Positions 43,478-45,468 of a DNA stretch of 45,468 bases are shown in pieces. The DNA comes from Gaiellaceae bacterium (GTDB lineage: Bacteria > Actinomycetota > Thermoleophilia > Gaiellales > Gaiellaceae). How positions within the stretch are numbered: the stretch's first letter is position 1; each line of letters opens with the position of its first letter. The stretch is taken from assembly GCA_039931575.1 (NCBI GenBank), contig JBDTRS010000001.1, positions 1 to 45,468 on the forward strand. The letters are read 5' to 3'. Under the pieces are notes generated by a model, which worked only from the letters and a program-made list of their open reading frames with translations, was not told the origin of the DNA and searched no databases. The translations under genes and the position numbers were made by a program.

Positions 43478-45468
43478 CTCTTGATTCGCTCGCCGCGGGG
43501 ATCCCAGAGCGGCTCCTCGACGACCTCGCCCCCGACCCACTCGCCGAAGATCTCGACCTCGACCGCTTGCCGCGGCGCCGCCGCGCCGGCGGGAAGGTAC
43601 GCGTAGGCGATCGACCGCGCGACGCTGTAGCCGTAGCCGCCGCTCGTGACGCGGCCGACGATCTCGCCTCCAACCCGCACAGGCTCAGAGCCGAGCGCGA
43701 CGGAACGTGGATCCGCGAGGACGAGGCAGGCGAGGCGGCGCTCCGGAGATGCCTTAGCCGCCGCTTCGAGCGCCTCGCGCCCGATGAACTCCTCCTTGTC
43801 GAGCTTGACGGCGAACTCGAGGCCGGCCTCGTAAGGGTTCTCGTCCGGCGTGATGTCGGCGCCCCAGACGCGGTAGCCCTTTTCGAGCCGGAGCGAATCG
43901 ATCGCCTTGTACCCGCCCGCGACGAGTCCGTGCTCCCGCCCTGCGTCCCAGACGGTGTCCCAGAGGCGGAGCCCGAACTCCATCGGGCAGTAGAGCTCCC
44001 AGCCCAGCTCGCCGACGTACGTGACGCGGAGCGCAAGGCAAGGGACCGAGCCAACCGCGAGCTCGTGCGCGCGCATGTACGGGAAGGCTTCGTTGCCGAG
44101 GTCGGCCTCGGTCAACGGTTGCAGGATTTCGCGCACCGCAGGGCCCCAGAGGCCGAGGCACCCGTAGCGGGAGGTGACGTCTTCGACCTGCACGCGGCCG
44201 TCGTCCGGAAGATGGCGGCGGATCCAGGCCGCGTCGTGGCGGCCAAAGGCAGTTCCGGTGACGATGCGAAAGCGCTCGTCTGCGAGCCGCGTGACCGTGA
44301 AGTCGCACTCGATTCCTCCTCGCTCGTTCAGCATCTGCGTGTAGGTCACAGCGCCGACGTCGCGGGCGACACGGTTGTCGCAGAGCAGCTCGAGGAAGGC
44401 GGCCGCGCCCGGACCGAGCACGTCGAGCTTGGCGAAAGACGTCTCGTCGAAGAGCGCAGCGGCCTCGCGGCAGGCGCGGTGCTCGGCGCCGATAGCCGGC
44501 GACCAGATCTCCCCTGCCCACCCGCGCGGCCGCAGGCTCTCGTCCCCGCGCTCGACATTCGGCTCGTACCAGTTCGGCCGCTCCCAGCCCGACTTCTCGC
44601 CGAAGGATGCGCCGAGCTCCTGCAGGCGCTGATAGGTCGGCGAGAGCCGGAGCGGCCGTCCTGCTTGCCGTTCCTGGCCCGGGTACTTGATGTCGTAGTA
44701 GGTCGAATAGACCTCGTACGTGCGGGCGAGCGTGTACTCGCGACTCGCGTAGTGAGGGCCGAAGCGCCGAGAGTCCATCTCCCAGACGTCAAGGCTCGGC
44801 ACGCCATCGACGATCCACTCCGCCACGAGCTGGCCCATCCCACCCGCTCCCGCGAGCCCGTGGGCGCAGAAGCCCGCGGCGACCCAGAACCCGCGCACGT
44901 CCGATTCGCCAAGGATGAACTCCCCGTCGGGAGTGAACGCCTCCGGCCCGTTGATGAGCTTGACCACCTCGGCGTCCTCCAGCTCGGGCACGCGCGCGAT
45001 CGCGTTCCGAAGCAGCTCGTCGAACCGTTCCCAGTCCTCCGGCAGAAGCTTGCCGTTGAAGTCAGCCGGGATGCCGTCGAGGCCCCAGGGCGCCGGATTG
45101 CGCTCGTAGCCGCCCATGACCAGGCCGCCCGACTCGCCGCGGAAATAGACGAGGAGCGACGGGTCGCGCATCGTCGGTACCTCGAACGGCACGCCGCTCG
45201 GGCGGGTGATGAGGTACTCGTGCGCCATCGGGATGATGGGGACGTTGACGCCGGCGAGCCGCCCGATCTCGGTGGCAAACATGCCGCCGGCATTGACGAC
45301 GATCTCCGTCTCGATCCGGCCCTTGTCGGTCTCGACCCCCGTCACGCGTCCCTTCTCGACGGAGATCCCGGTCACCCGCGTGTTCGTGTAGATCTCGGCT
45401 CCGCGGCGCCGCGCTCCTTCGGCGAGTGCGAACGTGAGCTGGCTCGGATCGATGTAGCCGTCGGTCGG
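43474..45468 (-). CDS. FAD-dependent oxidoreductase fused to GcvT-type aminomethyltransferase domain (dimethylglycine/sarcosine dehydrogenase family); N-terminus lies beyond the window end
   Basis: DAO-type segment (VVNAGGMFATEIG) followed by a GcvT-like fold (LRVTYVGELGWELY, LRLEKGY). The frame stays open to 45468 (PTDGYIDPSQLTFALAEGARRRG...). Confidence 0.85.
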   Translation of the reverse strand, partial: PTDGYIDPSQLTFALAEGARRRGAEIYTNTRVTGISVEKGRVTGVETDKGRIETEIVVNAGGMFATEIGRLAGVNVPIIPMAHEYLITRPSGVPFEVPTMRDPSLLVYFRGESGGLVMGGYERNPAPWGLDGIPADFNGKLLPEDWERFDELLRNAIARVPELEDAEVVKLINGPEAFTPDGEFILGESDVRGFWVAAGFCAHGLAGAGGMGQLVAEWIVDGVPSLDVWEMDSRRFGPHYASREYTLARTYEVYSTYYDIKYPGQERQAGRPLRLSPTYQRLQELGASFGEKSGWERPNWYEPNVERGDESLRPRGWAGEIWSPAIGAEHRACREAAALFDETSFAKLDVLGPGAAAFLELLCDNRVARDVGAVTYTQMLNERGGIECDFTVTRLADERFRIVTGTAFGRHDAAWIRRHLPDDGRVQVEDVTSRYGCLGLWGPAVREILQPLTEADLGNEAFPYMRAHELAVGSVPCLALRVTYVGELGWELYCPMEFGLRLWDTVWDAGREHGLVAGGYKAIDSLRLEKGYRVWGADITPDENPYEAGLEFAVKLDKEEFIGREALEAAAKASPERRLACLVLADPRSVALGSEPVRVGGEIVGRVTSGGYGYSVARSIAYAYLPAGAAAPRQAVEVEIFGEWVGGEVVEEPLWDPRGERIKS

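Noticed and set aside
1-45468. CRISPR arrays, rRNA genes, IS elements or transposases
   Set aside because: No regularly spaced 25-40 nt direct repeats, no rRNA-like conserved stretches, and no transposase-like ORFs or long terminal inverted repeats were seen. The only tandem repeats are the short ones reported at 9931-9962 and 23431-23478.

Overview
High-GC (about 70% by eye) chromosomal segment. Gene content (hopanoid cluster, tandem-GNAT MshD-like protein, F420/PPOX-type protein, GC-rich U-less hairpins) suggests Actinomycetota, but this taxonomy is only an inference. I support about 45 protein-coding genes. Left to right they are: a flippase-like membrane protein and a GT4 glycosyltransferase; an aminotransferase and an adenosine-deaminase-family gene; then a visibly lower-GC accessory tract (about 3.9-12.2 kb). 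The tract contains a truncated tyrosine-integrase relic, a split type IIG-like restriction/methylase pair, an excisionase-type HTH gene, a tightly overlapping three-gene operon (pentapeptide-repeat 2TM channel, minimal nucleotidyltransferase, small helical protein), a 3' fragment of tRNA-Arg(TCT), an HD-GYP phosphodiesterase and a small LuxR-type regulator. Core genes then resume: a five-gene Dpp/Opp-type peptide ABC transporter, creatininase-family and C45 peptidase genes, a GGDEF/HD-GYP protein, a sigma-70 factor, topoisomerase III, a stand-alone 5'-3' exonuclease, SDR, HDAC-family deacetylase, tandem GNAT and prephenate dehydratase. Next comes a complete hopanoid module (hpnC-hpnD-hpnE-shc-hpnA-hpnH-hpnG-ispH), then aldo/keto reductase, CoA-transferase, an ArsR-SRPBCC-VOC operon, a PPOX/F420-type protein, ornithine cyclodeaminase and a partial dimethylglycine/sarcosine-dehydrogenase-like gene. 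No rRNA, intact tRNA, CRISPR array or intact transposase was seen. The best candidate for something new is the three-gene operon at 8001-9848 inside the defence-island-like tract. Its function is inferred from motifs and context only.
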